A DNA stretch of 64,000 nucleotides. Origin: a virus. The notes beneath the pieces were generated by a model that made no database searches, was not told the DNA's origin, and saw nothing but the letters and a program-made list of their open reading frames with translations. Positions 1 through 10,002 of the stretch are shown here, one piece after another; position 1 is the first letter of the stretch; each line of letters begins with the position of its first letter. Where the stretch lies: IMG/VR virus record IMGVR_UViG_3300042988_001309, positions 1 through 64,000 of that record, one strand, 5' to 3'. Both the position numbers and the translations under genes were made by a program.

Positions 1-2
1 TG

Positions 3-239
3 ACGCTCACGGGCCCGGCCTCGGGCGTCGTCATGCTCGACGCCGCCGACACCGCATCGTCGGGCTCGACGATGACGGCCAGCAATATCTACGGCTGCCT
101 CATCTACAACACGACCAAGGCCAGCCCGGTCGCCGATCAGGGTGTGTGCTTCGTCTACTTCGGCGGCGCCCAGTCGGTCACCAACGGCACGTTCACGATC
201 CAGTGGTCCACGAACGGCATCTGGCGGATCTCGGTCTGA
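3..239 (+). CDS. Partial (5'-truncated) virion structural / tail accessory protein
   Basis: Frame is open from the window start. The C-terminus LIY...YFGGAQSVTNGTFTIQWSTNGI resembles small phage structural proteins found next to fibre genes. Confidence 0.55.
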   Translation, partial: TLTGPASGVVMLDAADTASSGSTMTASNIYGCLIYNTTKASPVADQGVCFVYFGGAQSVTNGTFTIQWSTNGIWRISV

Positions 240-276
240 CCTATCGGGTCAACTGAGATTCACCTGGAGCTGAGCT

Positions 277-966
277 ATGGCCACGCAAGCGTCGGAGACC
301 TGGACGGGGTCCGACGGCGCTTCGTGGCCAGCCCAGTGGACTGTGGCCCTCGGCGGCGACGCCGGAGGCGCGGCCACCATCCAGTCCAACAAGGGCCGCT
401 TCTCCACGGGCTCGGGCTCGGCGTACAACGGCTACATCAACGCCCGCCTGGGTTCGATGTCCTCGCTCACCGACTGTGACGTGTACGTCGAGTGGACGCC
501 CAACGCCAACGCCGCCACAGAGTCCTATCTGGGCATCATCCTGCGGGGCTCCAACGACTGGCCGTCATGGAACCGACCGACGAGCGGCTATCAGGTCAAC
601 ATCGAGAACGGCGGCTCCAAGCTGGTGCTCATCACCAGTGGCTCCCCGACCGACCTGACGGCGTTCTCGTCCGACAGTTGGACCTCGGGCCAGACCTGGG
701 CGCTGCGCTTCCAGTGCATCGGCACCACCATCCGCTTCCGGGTCTGGAACACCTCGGGCGGCGAGCCCGGGACGTGGAAGGGGAGCGTCACCAACTCCTC
801 GGTCACCTCGGGTCGCTTCCAGATGTGGCTGGAGAACGGGAGCGGCGGGACCGACTGCTACCACGACTTCGACAACCTGGTGGTCACCGACACCCTGTCG
901 GGGCTGCCCGTCTACATGATGAACGCGGGCGTGAGGTTCTCCCCGCACTACGCCGGGAGGCTCTGA
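277..966 (+). CDS. Beta-sandwich (lectin/ConA-like) virion protein
   Basis: 229 aa, Trp/Ser/Gly-rich predicted beta strands, ending in FDNLVVT. GGAG RBS upstream. Confidence 0.5.
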   Translation: MATQASETWTGSDGASWPAQWTVALGGDAGGAATIQSNKGRFSTGSGSAYNGYINARLGSMSSLTDCDVYVEWTPNANAATESYLGIILRGSNDWPSWNRPTSGYQVNIENGGSKLVLITSGSPTDLTAFSSDSWTSGQTWALRFQCIGTTIRFRVWNTSGGEPGTWKGSVTNSSVTSGRFQMWLENGSGGTDCYHDFDNLVVTDTLSGLPVYMMNAGVRFSPHYAGRL

Positions 967-967
967 C

Positions 968-1465
968 ATGGCATCCACCGATGCGTCCCCGTGGCCGGTC
1001 AAGAACCAGGCGTTCCGGGTCACCTTCCCGATCTGGAAGAACGACTCGACCTTGATCACCGGAGCAACCGGGCTTGACTCGGAGGTCTCCAAGGACGGTG
1101 GCACGTTCGCCGACTGCACCAACGAGGCCACCGAGATTGCCACCAGCTCGGGGATCTATTACCTCGACCTCACCGCCAGCGAGATGAACGCCGACACCGT
1201 GGCCGTCATCGTCAAGTCGTCGAGCACGGGCGCGGTGACCACGGTGCTGACCCTCTACACCGTGTCGCTCACCGAGCCCACCGCGGCGCCGACGTGGCCA
1301 ACCGACATCGAGAAGGCCCTGGCATGGCTCGTTGCGCTCGCCCGCAACAAGGTCACCTCGACCTCGACGACGTTCACACTGCGCAACGACGCCGACAACG
1401 CCAACATCTCCACCGGCACCTTGTCCGATGACGGCTCGACCGCGACTCGCGGCGAGATGACCTGA
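968..1465 (+). CDS. Hypothetical virion structural protein
   Basis: 165 aa, beta-rich (EVSKDGGTF...SGIYYLDLTASEMNAD), directly adjacent to the previous gene. Confidence 0.5.
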   Translation: MASTDASPWPVKNQAFRVTFPIWKNDSTLITGATGLDSEVSKDGGTFADCTNEATEIATSSGIYYLDLTASEMNADTVAVIVKSSSTGAVTTVLTLYTVSLTEPTAAPTWPTDIEKALAWLVALARNKVTSTSTTFTLRNDADNANISTGTLSDDGSTATRGEMT

Positions 1466-1548
1466 CCCTGCACCGTTTCGCCCCGCCCGTGCGGGACCAT
1501 GGAGGGGCGGGATCGTGCGGGTCCCCCAATCAGGAGAGCGAGTAAACC

Positions 1549-1872
1549 ATGGCTGATTCAGTCGAGATGATCAACGAGATCGTCGCCGTCATCGACACCT
1601 ATCCCAAGGCGGCCGATGGCTCGGCCAAGGTCGAGGACGCCTCGGCGCTGGCCATCGCCTTCGTCGGCGTGGTCGCCCCCAAGTACCAGGTCGACATCGA
1701 CGCCCTCCAGGCCGACCGCGATATGTACCGCTCGCTGGCCGACCAGCGCGGCGACGAACTGACCGCCCTGCGCGCCGACGTGGACCAGCTCCGCTCGGTC
1801 GTCGCCCAGGTCATCGCCCAGCTCAACCTCGGCGACATCAACGCCGCCCAGGCCGTGCTGGCCACCGTCTGA
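1549..1872 (+). CDS. Hypothetical coiled-coil protein
   Basis: 107 aa, AGGAGA RBS, heptad-like C-terminal half. Confidence 0.55.
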   Translation: MADSVEMINEIVAVIDTYPKAADGSAKVEDASALAIAFVGVVAPKYQVDIDALQADRDMYRSLADQRGDELTALRADVDQLRSVVAQVIAQLNLGDINAAQAVLATV

Positions 1873-1884
1873 GGTTCATGAGCC

Positions 1885-2724
1885 GTGGCCGCCGTCACCG
1901 ATCTCTCCGACATGGTGAACCGCCTCACCGGCGGGAATAGCGGCACGCCCGAGAACATCTGGTTCTTCAAGTCGGCCCGTATCGCCGGGGCGGCGGCAAC
2001 GGCCCCGATCGCCGGACGCCCCCAGTCGCTGTGGAAGTTCGACGGCTTCCCCGGCCCCGGCTCCAACCCGACGACGGTCGCCATCCCCGACAACACCACC
2101 CAGGGCGGCCTGCTCCAGACCGACCCTGGTGGTGGTCGGGAGAAGTGGCTGGTCAACTTCTTCGCCACCGGCCTCGTCGCCGGGACCGTCATCTTGTACG
2201 ACCGCATCTTGCACATCGGCGGCCTGTCGGGGACCACGACCACCGCCCAGACCGTCGGCGGCACGCTCACCCGCTACACCGACGGCAAGGGCAACTTCGC
2301 CTTCGCCGAGATTTACACCGCGGTCGGCGCCACGGCCACGACGATCAAGCTGTCGAGCTACACCGACGACGCCGGGAACGCCTCCCAGGTCGGCCCCCTC
2401 GTCGTGTTCGGCGGGACCGGCTTCAACGAGGCCACCCGAGCGGTGTTCCTCCCGGTCGCCGCTGGGGACAACGGCATCCAGGCCATCGCCTCAGTGCAGG
2501 TGACCGCCACGACCGCCACGGCCGGGAACTTCGGGGTCACCATCGGCCATCCCCTCGCCTACGCCGTCATCGACGCCGCCGGGGTGGGCGGCTGGCGTGA
2601 CTTCACCACGGGTATGCCGGGCCTGCCGGAGGTGCAGACCGACGCCTGCCTGGCGATGCTGTGGATTCCCAACACCACCACCGCCCCCGAGATCACCGGC
2701 GCCGTCAGCTTCATCGAGGCCTGA
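1885..2724 (+). CDS. Virion structural protein, paralog A
   Basis: 279 aa. Shares DR(I/L)xHxGGLSGT, LTRYTxGxG, PxAAGDxG and GAVSFxE with the next gene. Confidence 0.6.
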   Translation: MAAVTDLSDMVNRLTGGNSGTPENIWFFKSARIAGAAATAPIAGRPQSLWKFDGFPGPGSNPTTVAIPDNTTQGGLLQTDPGGGREKWLVNFFATGLVAGTVILYDRILHIGGLSGTTTTAQTVGGTLTRYTDGKGNFAFAEIYTAVGATATTIKLSSYTDDAGNASQVGPLVVFGGTGFNEATRAVFLPVAAGDNGIQAIASVQVTATTATAGNFGVTIGHPLAYAVIDAAGVGGWRDFTTGMPGLPEVQTDACLAMLWIPNTTTAPEITGAVSFIEA

Positions 2725-2727
2725 CCC

Positions 2728-3543
2728 ATGGCCGCCATCACCGACTGGGCCGCCTACCAGGCTCTCTATCGCAACCCGATCTTCCCCATCCCCCTCACCA
2801 AGGGCCCGGTCACCACGATCGCCGGTCGGCCCTATGACCTGTTCACGGCGGCCGCCGTGGCGGGCACGGCACCAACGACCGCCGCGGTCCCGACCAACGC
2901 CACCACCGGGGCGCTCCCCATCCAGAACGGCGATACCGGCCAGCTCTGGGTGCCGGGGGCTCGGCTCTCGTCGAACGTGTCGGGCACGTTCATCTTGTGC
3001 GACCGGCTCTCCCACTCGGGCGGCCTGTCGGGCACCGGCACCGGCGTCGCCCAGACCACCAACCTGCCGACCGCTGCGCTCACCCGCTACACCTCGGGTG
3101 TCGGCGTCATGGCGATGATCACCGTCTACACCCAGATCGGCACCACCGCCCAGACCGTCACCGCCAGCTACACCGACCAGGACGGCAACACGGGTCAGAC
3201 CACGGCCGCCGTAGCGATCGGCGCCACCGGCTTTCGTGAAGCCAACCGGGCCATCTTCCTCCCGCTCGCCGCGGGCGACTCGGGCGTGCGGGCGGTGGCC
3301 TCGATCACCATCACCGGCGCCACCGGCACCGGCACCGCCGGGAACCTCGGCGTGACGCTGTTCAAGCCCCTGCTGGGGTTCGTGATCGAGCGACCGGGCG
3401 GGCAATACACCTACTCGTTGGTCGACAACGGCATGGCGGGCGGGATGCCGGAGATCGTCGACAACTCCTGCCTGTTCTGGATCGCCATCCCTGGCACGAC
3501 CTCGACCAGCTTCCACGGCGCCGTTTCGTTCGCGGAGTCCTGA
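2728..3543 (+). CDS. Virion structural protein, paralog B
   Basis: 271 aa tandem paralog of 1885..2724. Confidence 0.6.
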   Translation: MAAITDWAAYQALYRNPIFPIPLTKGPVTTIAGRPYDLFTAAAVAGTAPTTAAVPTNATTGALPIQNGDTGQLWVPGARLSSNVSGTFILCDRLSHSGGLSGTGTGVAQTTNLPTAALTRYTSGVGVMAMITVYTQIGTTAQTVTASYTDQDGNTGQTTAAVAIGATGFREANRAIFLPLAAGDSGVRAVASITITGATGTGTAGNLGVTLFKPLLGFVIERPGGQYTYSLVDNGMAGGMPEIVDNSCLFWIAIPGTTSTSFHGAVSFAES

Positions 3544-3546
3544 CCC

Positions 3547-6500
3547 ATGGCCCGCCGACTCTTTGACGGCGCGGCGGCGGAGGTTGGTTACCTCCCGGTC
3601 GAGCCGGTTTCCGTAACGGTCACGGTCACCCCGGCCGTCATCACGGCGACCGCCACGGTCCAGACGCCGTCCATCAACCCGATCACGGCCACCGCCACGG
3701 TCGACACCAGGGCTTCGGTCCTGCACATGATGGGCGCCTCGCCGCTGCCCACCCCTCGGGGAGCGTCAACGCGCGCGACGCGCATGTGGACGCTGCGCAT
3801 GTACGGCACGGCGTGGAGCGTCAACGCGACGGTCACCCCGGCGCTCATCACCGCCACCGGGACGGTTCAGGCCCCGTCCAAGACGGTCAGCCCCAACCCG
3901 GCCGCTGCCACGGCGACCGGCACGGTTCAGGCCCCGTCCAAGACGGTCAGCCCCAACCCGGCCGCTGCCACGGCGACCGGGACGGTCCAGACCCCGTCCA
4001 AGACGGTCAGCCCCAACCCGGCCGCTGCCACGGCGACCGGCACGGTTCAGGCCCCGTCCAAGACGGTCAGCCCCAACCCGGCCGCCGCCACCGCCACCGG
4101 GACCGTTCAGGCCCCGTCCAAGACGGTCAGCCCCAACCCGGCCGCTGCCACCGCCACCGGCACGGTTCAGGCCATCACCATCAACCGGACGGTCACCCCG
4201 GCGCTCATCACCGCCACCGGGACCGTGCAGGCACCGAGCATCTCGGCGTCCGGGACGGCGCTCCCAGCCCCGATCACGTTCCCCTCGGGGCTCTGCTACG
4301 ACGCCACGGTCTCGACCTCGACGAGCAACACGGTCACCCCGGCCGTCATCGCCTCGACGGCGACGATGTACCCGCCCTCGGTGAACAGCTCCGGCACGGC
4401 GCTGCCCTCGGCCGCCGCCGCCACCGGCACGGCCTACAACGCCGCCACCACGTCGTCCGGCAACGCCACCCCCGCCGCCGCCACCGCCACCGGGACCGTT
4501 CAGACCATCACCATCAACCGGACGGTCACCCCGGCGCTCATCACCGCCACCGGGACCGTGCAGGCCCCCTCGATCGCCGCCACGGGCACGGCCACCCCCG
4601 GGGCTGCCACCGGCACCGGGACCGTTCAGGCCATCACCCTCAACCGGACGGTCACGCCGACCACGATCACCGGCACCGGCGCGGCCTACGACGCCGCCAC
4701 CACGTCGTCCGGCAACGCCACGCCAACGACAATCACCGCCACCGGGACGGTCCAGACCCCATCCAAGACGGTCAGCCCCAACCCCTCGGCCATCGCCGCG
4801 ACCGGCGCGGTTCAAGCGCCGACGGCGAGTGGGGCCGTGGTGGTCACCCCGGCGCTCATCACGGCGACCGGCACGGTTGAGACCCCATCCAAGACGGTCA
4901 GCCCCAACCCCTCGACGGCCACTGCCGCGGGCACGGCCAACAACTCCACCGCCACCGCCACCGGCACGGCAACGCCCGCCGTCATCGCCGCCACCGGCGC
5001 TGTGCAGGCACCGACGGTCTCCGCCACGGCGACGGTCACCCCGGCGCTCATCACCGCCACTGGCGCTGGTTTCGACGCCACCCCCCGCACCTCGGGCACG
5101 GCCATCCCCGCCGCCATCGCCGCCAGCGGCGCGGTGCAGACCCCCTCCAAGACGGTCGCGCCCGCCCTCGCGACCATCGCCGCCACCGGGACCGTCCAGG
5201 CCCCCTCGATCACCGCCCCTGGCACCGCAACCCCGGCGCTCATCACTGCCACCGTGACCGTGCAGGCACCGAGCATCTCGGCCACCGGCACCTACAGCCC
5301 AGCCACCATCGCCGCAACGGCGACGGTGTTCACCCCGACGATCACCACCACCGCCAACGGCGTCGCCACCCCGGCCACCATCGCCGCGACGGCAACGGTC
5401 CAGACCCCATCCAAGACGGTCAGCCCCAACCCCTCGGCCATCGCCGCGACCGGCGCGGTCCAGGCCCCCTCGATCACCGCCACGGCCAACGCCGCCGCCC
5501 AGGCTGGGCTCGGCACCGGCACGGTGTACCAGCCCTCGATCGCCACCACCGCCACCGCGCTCCCAGCCGTCATCACGGCGACCGCCACGGTCGAGACGCC
5601 CGGCTTCGCCACCGGCGGCACGGTCAACCCTGCCACCATCGCCGCCACCGCCACGGTGTACGACCCGTCCAAGACGGTGGCCCCCAGTCCGTCCGCTGCC
5701 ACGGCGAGCGGGGCCATCGAGGCGCCGACGACCAGCTCCACGGGCAACGCCACGGCCGCCACGGCCACCGCCACCGGGACCGTGCAGGCCCCGACGCCAT
5801 CGGTCAGCCCGGCGCCGAACGACGCCACTGGTAATGGGGCCGTTCAGGCCCCAAGTATCTCAGCGTCCTGCACGATCACCCCGACCACCATCGCCGCCAG
5901 CGCCACGGTCTACGCACCGTCCACCGCCGTGGTGGCCAATGCGCTCGACGCCTCCGCCACCGGCACGGTCCAGGCGCCAGTGACGACCTCCTCGGGCATC
6001 GCCCCCGCCCAGCTCGCCACCGGCAACGCCACGGTCTACGCCCCCGCGATCATCGCCACCGGCAACGCCACGCCCTCGGCCGCCACCGGCACCGGCGCGG
6101 TCCAGACCCCGTCCAAGACGGTCAGCCCCAACCCGGACCCGGTGTTTGTTACGGGCGCGGTCCACGCCCCCGTAACAAACCTCACGGTCACCCCGGCCGT
6201 CATCACCGCGACCGCCGCAGTGCAACCCCCGGGCAAGACGGTCAGCCCCAACCCGGCCGCCGCCACCGCCACCGGGACGGTGTTCACCCCGACGATCCTG
6301 CTCGCCTCGACGGCACGCCCGGACACGATCACCGCCTCGGCCGCTGTGCTCACCCCGAGCTTCGACAACGCGGCAACAGTCACCCCAGCCACGTTCACGG
6401 CCAGCGCGGTCGCCTTCGATGCCACGACCGGCAACACGGTCACCCCTGCCACCATCACCGCCACCGGCGAGGTCCAAGCGCCCACGATCTCCGCCTCGGG

Positions 6501-6924
6501 CATCCCTCGCCCGGCGACGATCCAGACCACCGGCGTCGTCCTGAGCCCATCCACGTTGATCCGCGTCCACGTCGACTCCGCCACCGGCACCGGCGGAGTC
6601 GAGCCCCCCGGAACATCGGCCACAGCGATCATCCTCCCGCCCGTCATCGTCTCGGTGGCGACCATGTTCTCGCCGATCCCGGCGATCGCGGTCCATCCCG
6701 CAACGGTCACCGCCACCGGCGAGGCCATCCCGCCGCGCCACACGATGGACGTGACGATCCTGGGCGGCCGCCGCCGCGGCTATGGCGCCGGTGGGGCTGA
6801 CCAGACCCGACTCGCCACCTCGGGCAACCGGGGGAACGCCACCGGCGGGACCGAGCAGGCCCAGCTCGCCACCTCGGGCAACCGCGCCTACGTGGCCCCT
6901 CGCAATGAATCCGACCTCGCATAG
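3547..6924 (+). CDS. Thr/Ala/Pro-rich repeat fibre protein
   Basis: 1125 aa built of ~20-22-aa units such as TVSPNPAAATATGTVQAPSK and TVTPALITATGTVQAPSI. Confidence 0.7.
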   Translation: MARRLFDGAAAEVGYLPVEPVSVTVTVTPAVITATATVQTPSINPITATATVDTRASVLHMMGASPLPTPRGASTRATRMWTLRMYGTAWSVNATVTPALITATGTVQAPSKTVSPNPAAATATGTVQAPSKTVSPNPAAATATGTVQTPSKTVSPNPAAATATGTVQAPSKTVSPNPAAATATGTVQAPSKTVSPNPAAATATGTVQAITINRTVTPALITATGTVQAPSISASGTALPAPITFPSGLCYDATVSTSTSNTVTPAVIASTATMYPPSVNSSGTALPSAAAATGTAYNAATTSSGNATPAAATATGTVQTITINRTVTPALITATGTVQAPSIAATGTATPGAATGTGTVQAITLNRTVTPTTITGTGAAYDAATTSSGNATPTTITATGTVQTPSKTVSPNPSAIAATGAVQAPTASGAVVVTPALITATGTVETPSKTVSPNPSTATAAGTANNSTATATGTATPAVIAATGAVQAPTVSATATVTPALITATGAGFDATPRTSGTAIPAAIAASGAVQTPSKTVAPALATIAATGTVQAPSITAPGTATPALITATVTVQAPSISATGTYSPATIAATATVFTPTITTTANGVATPATIAATATVQTPSKTVSPNPSAIAATGAVQAPSITATANAAAQAGLGTGTVYQPSIATTATALPAVITATATVETPGFATGGTVNPATIAATATVYDPSKTVAPSPSAATASGAIEAPTTSSTGNATAATATATGTVQAPTPSVSPAPNDATGNGAVQAPSISASCTITPTTIAASATVYAPSTAVVANALDASATGTVQAPVTTSSGIAPAQLATGNATVYAPAIIATGNATPSAATGTGAVQTPSKTVSPNPDPVFVTGAVHAPVTNLTVTPAVITATAAVQPPGKTVSPNPAAATATGTVFTPTILLASTARPDTITASAAVLTPSFDNAATVTPATFTASAVAFDATTGNTVTPATITATGEVQAPTISASGIPRPATIQTTGVVLSPSTLIRVHVDSATGTGGVEPPGTSATAIILPPVIVSVATMFSPIPAIAVHPATVTATGEAIPPRHTMDVTILGGRRRGYGAGGADQTRLATSGNRGNATGGTEQAQLATSGNRAYVAPRNESDLA
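3859..4170 (+). repeat. Coding 60-bp tandem repeat, about 5 near-identical copies
   Basis: Unit GGCACGGTTCAGGCCCCGTCCAAGACGGTCAGCCCCAACCCGGCCGCTGCCACGGCGACC recurs in exact 60-nt register. Confidence 0.9.
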
Positions 6925-6933
6925 GAGCACGCC

Positions 6934-7281
6934 ATGAGCGACCTGGAAATCCCGATGAGCGAGTTCACGCTCAGCCGCGGCGACACCGCCCCGGCCATCG
7001 ACGCCTTCGTCACCGACGACGCGGGCGAGGCGATCGACCTCACCGGCGCCACCGGGGTGACGTTCTCGATGTGGTCGGTCGACGACCTCAACACGGCCGT
7101 CATCAATGCCGCCGGGGCCAGCGTCGTTGCACCTGGGACACTGGGCTTGATCCGCTACTCCTGGGCGGAGGGCGACACCGACACCCCCGGCAACTACCTC
7201 GGTCGGTTCGCCTTGACGCTCAACGGCGAGCGCATGAGCGTGCCCGGTGGGGGATGGGTGCTTATTCGCATCTCGCGATGA
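6934..7281 (+). CDS. BppU-N-like baseplate/Ig-like structural protein
   Basis: RGDTAPAI...AIDLTGAT.VTFSM...GLIRYSW..GDTDTPGNY.GRF pattern, AGGAG RBS. Confidence 0.6.
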   Translation: MSDLEIPMSEFTLSRGDTAPAIDAFVTDDAGEAIDLTGATGVTFSMWSVDDLNTAVINAAGASVVAPGTLGLIRYSWAEGDTDTPGNYLGRFALTLNGERMSVPGGGWVLIRISR

Positions 7282-7363
7282 AATCGTCACACCCCCTGGC
7301 TATGGTGTAGACATCTGGTAAAGTCGTATTGACCAGAGTGGCCAAGTTGAGAGGAGCAAGGCC

Positions 7364-8374
7364 ATGACAGAACAGAACGGTGCGGACATCCGCGCCATCA
7401 AAGAGAAGTGGGCACAGCCCCCGGCGCACATGGTGTCCAAGCTGCCCAAGGGCAAGAAAGACTCGGCGGCCAAGTCGAGCTGCGCCGTGTGCGGCGGCTA
7501 CCACGAAACGAACTGGGTCCACCTCGACTACATGGGCCACGCCGACGTGACGCTGGCGTTGCTCGATGTCGACCCGATGTGGTCGTGGGAGCCCACCGCC
7601 CTCGACGAGGTCGGCGCACCCGTCATCATCCGCAAGGGCGACCGCCTGGTCATGTGGGGCAAGCTCACCGTGCTCGGCAAGAGCGTGCTCGCGGTCGGGA
7701 CGTGCGAGGCCTCCAAGGGCGACCCCGAGAAGGAACTGATCGGCGACCTGCTGCGCAACGGCGCCATGCGGTTCGGCATCGGCACCGCCTTGTGGTCCAA
7801 GGGTGACCACGGCGCCGACCCCGCTGGTTCGGGCGCCTCGGGTGGCTACGAGGATCGCCCCGCTCGCGGCCGCACCAACGGCTCGCCCCAGCGCGCCAAC
7901 GGCTCTGGTGGCCAGAGCCGCCCGACTCAACCGGCTCAGCGCCCCGCCACCGATCGTCCGGCCGAGGCCCCGGCTCCCGCGGCTGGAGCCGATGCGCTGC
8001 CCGACGAACTGACGCTGCGCATCGCTGCGCTCCCCGACGATCTCCACGGCGCCATGAACGAGATGCTCGGCCAGCGCGGCCTGCTCGCCGGGCCCTACAC
8101 GGCCCAGAAGCTCAAGCTGGTCGAGCAACTCGTCGCGGCCCAGGAGCGCACCGCGGCGACCCGGGCGACCCTCATGGTTGACCCCGAGCGCTGGAGCGCG
8201 CTGCGCGATGTCGTCGGCCATCTCGACGGCCAGTTGCTCGACCTGCTGCGCGCCCGCGCCGCCGAGGCCGGGATCGACATCGACAGGCCGGGCACCGACG
8301 CCGCCGCCGACCGGCTGGAGACGCTTCTCGACGACGTGCTCGCCACGGGGGAGGAGGCCATGGAGCCGTTCTGA
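7364..8374 (+). CDS. Rad52/Sak-like single-strand annealing protein
   Basis: HLDYMGHADVT..LLDVDPMWSWEP...KELIGDLLRNGAMRFGIGTALWSK, followed by a disordered linker. GAGGAG RBS. Confidence 0.7.
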   Translation: MTEQNGADIRAIKEKWAQPPAHMVSKLPKGKKDSAAKSSCAVCGGYHETNWVHLDYMGHADVTLALLDVDPMWSWEPTALDEVGAPVIIRKGDRLVMWGKLTVLGKSVLAVGTCEASKGDPEKELIGDLLRNGAMRFGIGTALWSKGDHGADPAGSGASGGYEDRPARGRTNGSPQRANGSGGQSRPTQPAQRPATDRPAEAPAPAAGADALPDELTLRIAALPDDLHGAMNEMLGQRGLLAGPYTAQKLKLVEQLVAAQERTAATRATLMVDPERWSALRDVVGHLDGQLLDLLRARAAEAGIDIDRPGTDAAADRLETLLDDVLATGEEAMEPF

Positions 8375-8465
8375 CCTACCTGGGGATGGCCGCCCCGCTG
8401 TGGCCGCCCCGTGACTCAAGCGAGCGGGCCAACCCGGCCCCCTCCGACAACGGAAAGGACACGCC

Positions 8466-9149
8466 ATGTGGCGCCTGTTCACCTTGTCGCTGGCACTCCT
8501 CGCGTCGGCCACGCTGGCGCTCACAACCTGCGACGATCCCACCCTGACGGTCCGAACGACCGAGGCCTTCGCTGCGCCCGCCCTCATGGCGGACCCAGCC
8601 CCAACCACCACCCCTGCAACCACCCCACCACCGGCCCAGCCCATGTCGGCTCCGGTGGTGGGGGCCGCAGTCCCCGCCGAGGTCGAGGCGTACCTCCGGG
8701 CCTTGGCGGCCGCCAACGACCCCTGCCCGGAGCCCAACCCTGGCCCCGACGGCAAGTTCAGCCCCTCGCTCCCCTTCGACGCGGCCGTCATCGAGGCGTG
8801 CGTCCGCGACGTGTGGCCCGACGAGCTGGAGGGCCGAGCCCTCGCCATCGTGTTCGGCGAGGCCGACGGCTACACCAGCCGCCGGTTCAAGACCGGGCTG
8901 TGTCGTGAGTCGTGGGGCAACCCCAACGCCATCGGCCCCAAGAAAGAGCTGGGCGTGTTCCAGCTCCACCCCCAGCACTTCGGCCGCAAGGGGTTCGCCA
9001 CCAAGCTCGGCTACGTCAAGGCCGACGCCTACGACCCTCGCATCAACGCCGAGCTGGCCTACTACCTCTACCTCCACTCGGGCAACGGTCGCTCGGGCGG
9101 GTGGTTCCAGTGGACCTGCGCCAACCGGAGCTGGCCCAAGCGCGGGTAG
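8466..9149 (+). CDS. Secreted lytic transglycosylase (SLT/Rpf-like lysozyme fold)
   Basis: N-terminal signal peptide, Pro/Thr linker, CRESWGNPNA, LGVFQL, YDPRINAELAYYLY, GWFQWTC. Confidence 0.7.
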   Translation: MWRLFTLSLALLASATLALTTCDDPTLTVRTTEAFAAPALMADPAPTTTPATTPPPAQPMSAPVVGAAVPAEVEAYLRALAAANDPCPEPNPGPDGKFSPSLPFDAAVIEACVRDVWPDELEGRALAIVFGEADGYTSRRFKTGLCRESWGNPNAIGPKKELGVFQLHPQHFGRKGFATKLGYVKADAYDPRINAELAYYLYLHSGNGRSGGWFQWTCANRSWPKRG

Positions 9150-9295
9150 CGATACCAGTCAAGATGTCCATTATCAGTCCAGATAGTAAAGATTGCCTCC
9201 ATGTCAACAATCCACACTTGTGACCAGTTACGCTGGTTTGACAGGGGGAGGCCGCCCGAGGATCGCCCCCACCCCCGCTGGATGGAGCAACAGTC

Positions 9296-9676
9296 ATGGC
9301 CAAGAAGAACCCCTCGGCGCCGACGGCAGAGACCCGGCGCCGCGACTTCGGCAGGGCGGTGCAAGAGGCTCGCGCCGAGCGCGAGTGGAGCCAGGAGTAT
9401 CTGGGCAACCAGGTCGGCGCATCCCAGGCCGCGGTGGCCGCATGGGAGAAGGCCGTCAATGTGCCCGACCCCGAGACGGTGTTCCGGCTGGAGCGCACGC
9501 TCGGCCTGAGGGCCGGGGAGCTGAGCATCCACCTCGGCTTCCTGCCGCTCAACGCCCGCGATGTGAAGATCCCCAAGGCGGATGTCGTGGAGTCGATCCT
9601 GCGCGACCCCCGCCTTGGGGATGTCGAGCGCCGGGCGCTACTCGCCGCCTACCGCTCGCTCGCAAAGGGCGACTGA
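9296..9676 (+). CDS. XRE-family HTH regulator (candidate immunity repressor)
   Basis: FGRAVQEAR...WSQEYLG..VGASQAAVAAWEKA; lies upstream of the integrase. Confidence 0.8.
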   Translation: MAKKNPSAPTAETRRRDFGRAVQEARAEREWSQEYLGNQVGASQAAVAAWEKAVNVPDPETVFRLERTLGLRAGELSIHLGFLPLNARDVKIPKADVVESILRDPRLGDVERRALLAAYRSLAKGD

Positions 9677-9847
9677 GCCGATCATCTCGGCCGCCGCCCG
9701 CAACACTTTCGACCCACGGGGGGCGAGCCCCTCGTTGGTCTCCCATGCCGCCTTGGCCACCGAGGCGCAGACCAACAGCCTCTGCGCCTCGGTGATCAAT
9801 GCCCGCACTTCACCGCCCGCACCGAACACACCTGCGTGCATCCTCAT
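9638..9847 (-). CDS. Hypothetical protein
   Basis: 69 aa with an AAGGGAAAGG RBS-like sequence upstream; convergent with the repressor. Confidence 0.3.
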   Translation of the reverse strand: MRMHAGVFGAGGEVRALITEAQRLLVCASVAKAAWETNEGLAPRGSKVLRAAAEMIGSVALCERAVGGE

Positions 9848-10002
9848 TGCCTTTCCCTTGTGTTGCCGCCCCTAGGCCACAGGGCCTCCGCCATCAGTAT
9901 TAATCACACGCCAGGATGATTTCCAGGGGTATTAGGCAGATGTCCGTGGCTAGGGTCTCTGACCATGACCAGAGTGACTTGTGGCCACCGGGGGTGTGAG
10001 CA

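Noticed and set aside
3859-4170. Possible CRISPR array
   Set aside because: The 60-bp units are contiguous, have no unique spacers, are in frame within a protein, and no cas genes are present.
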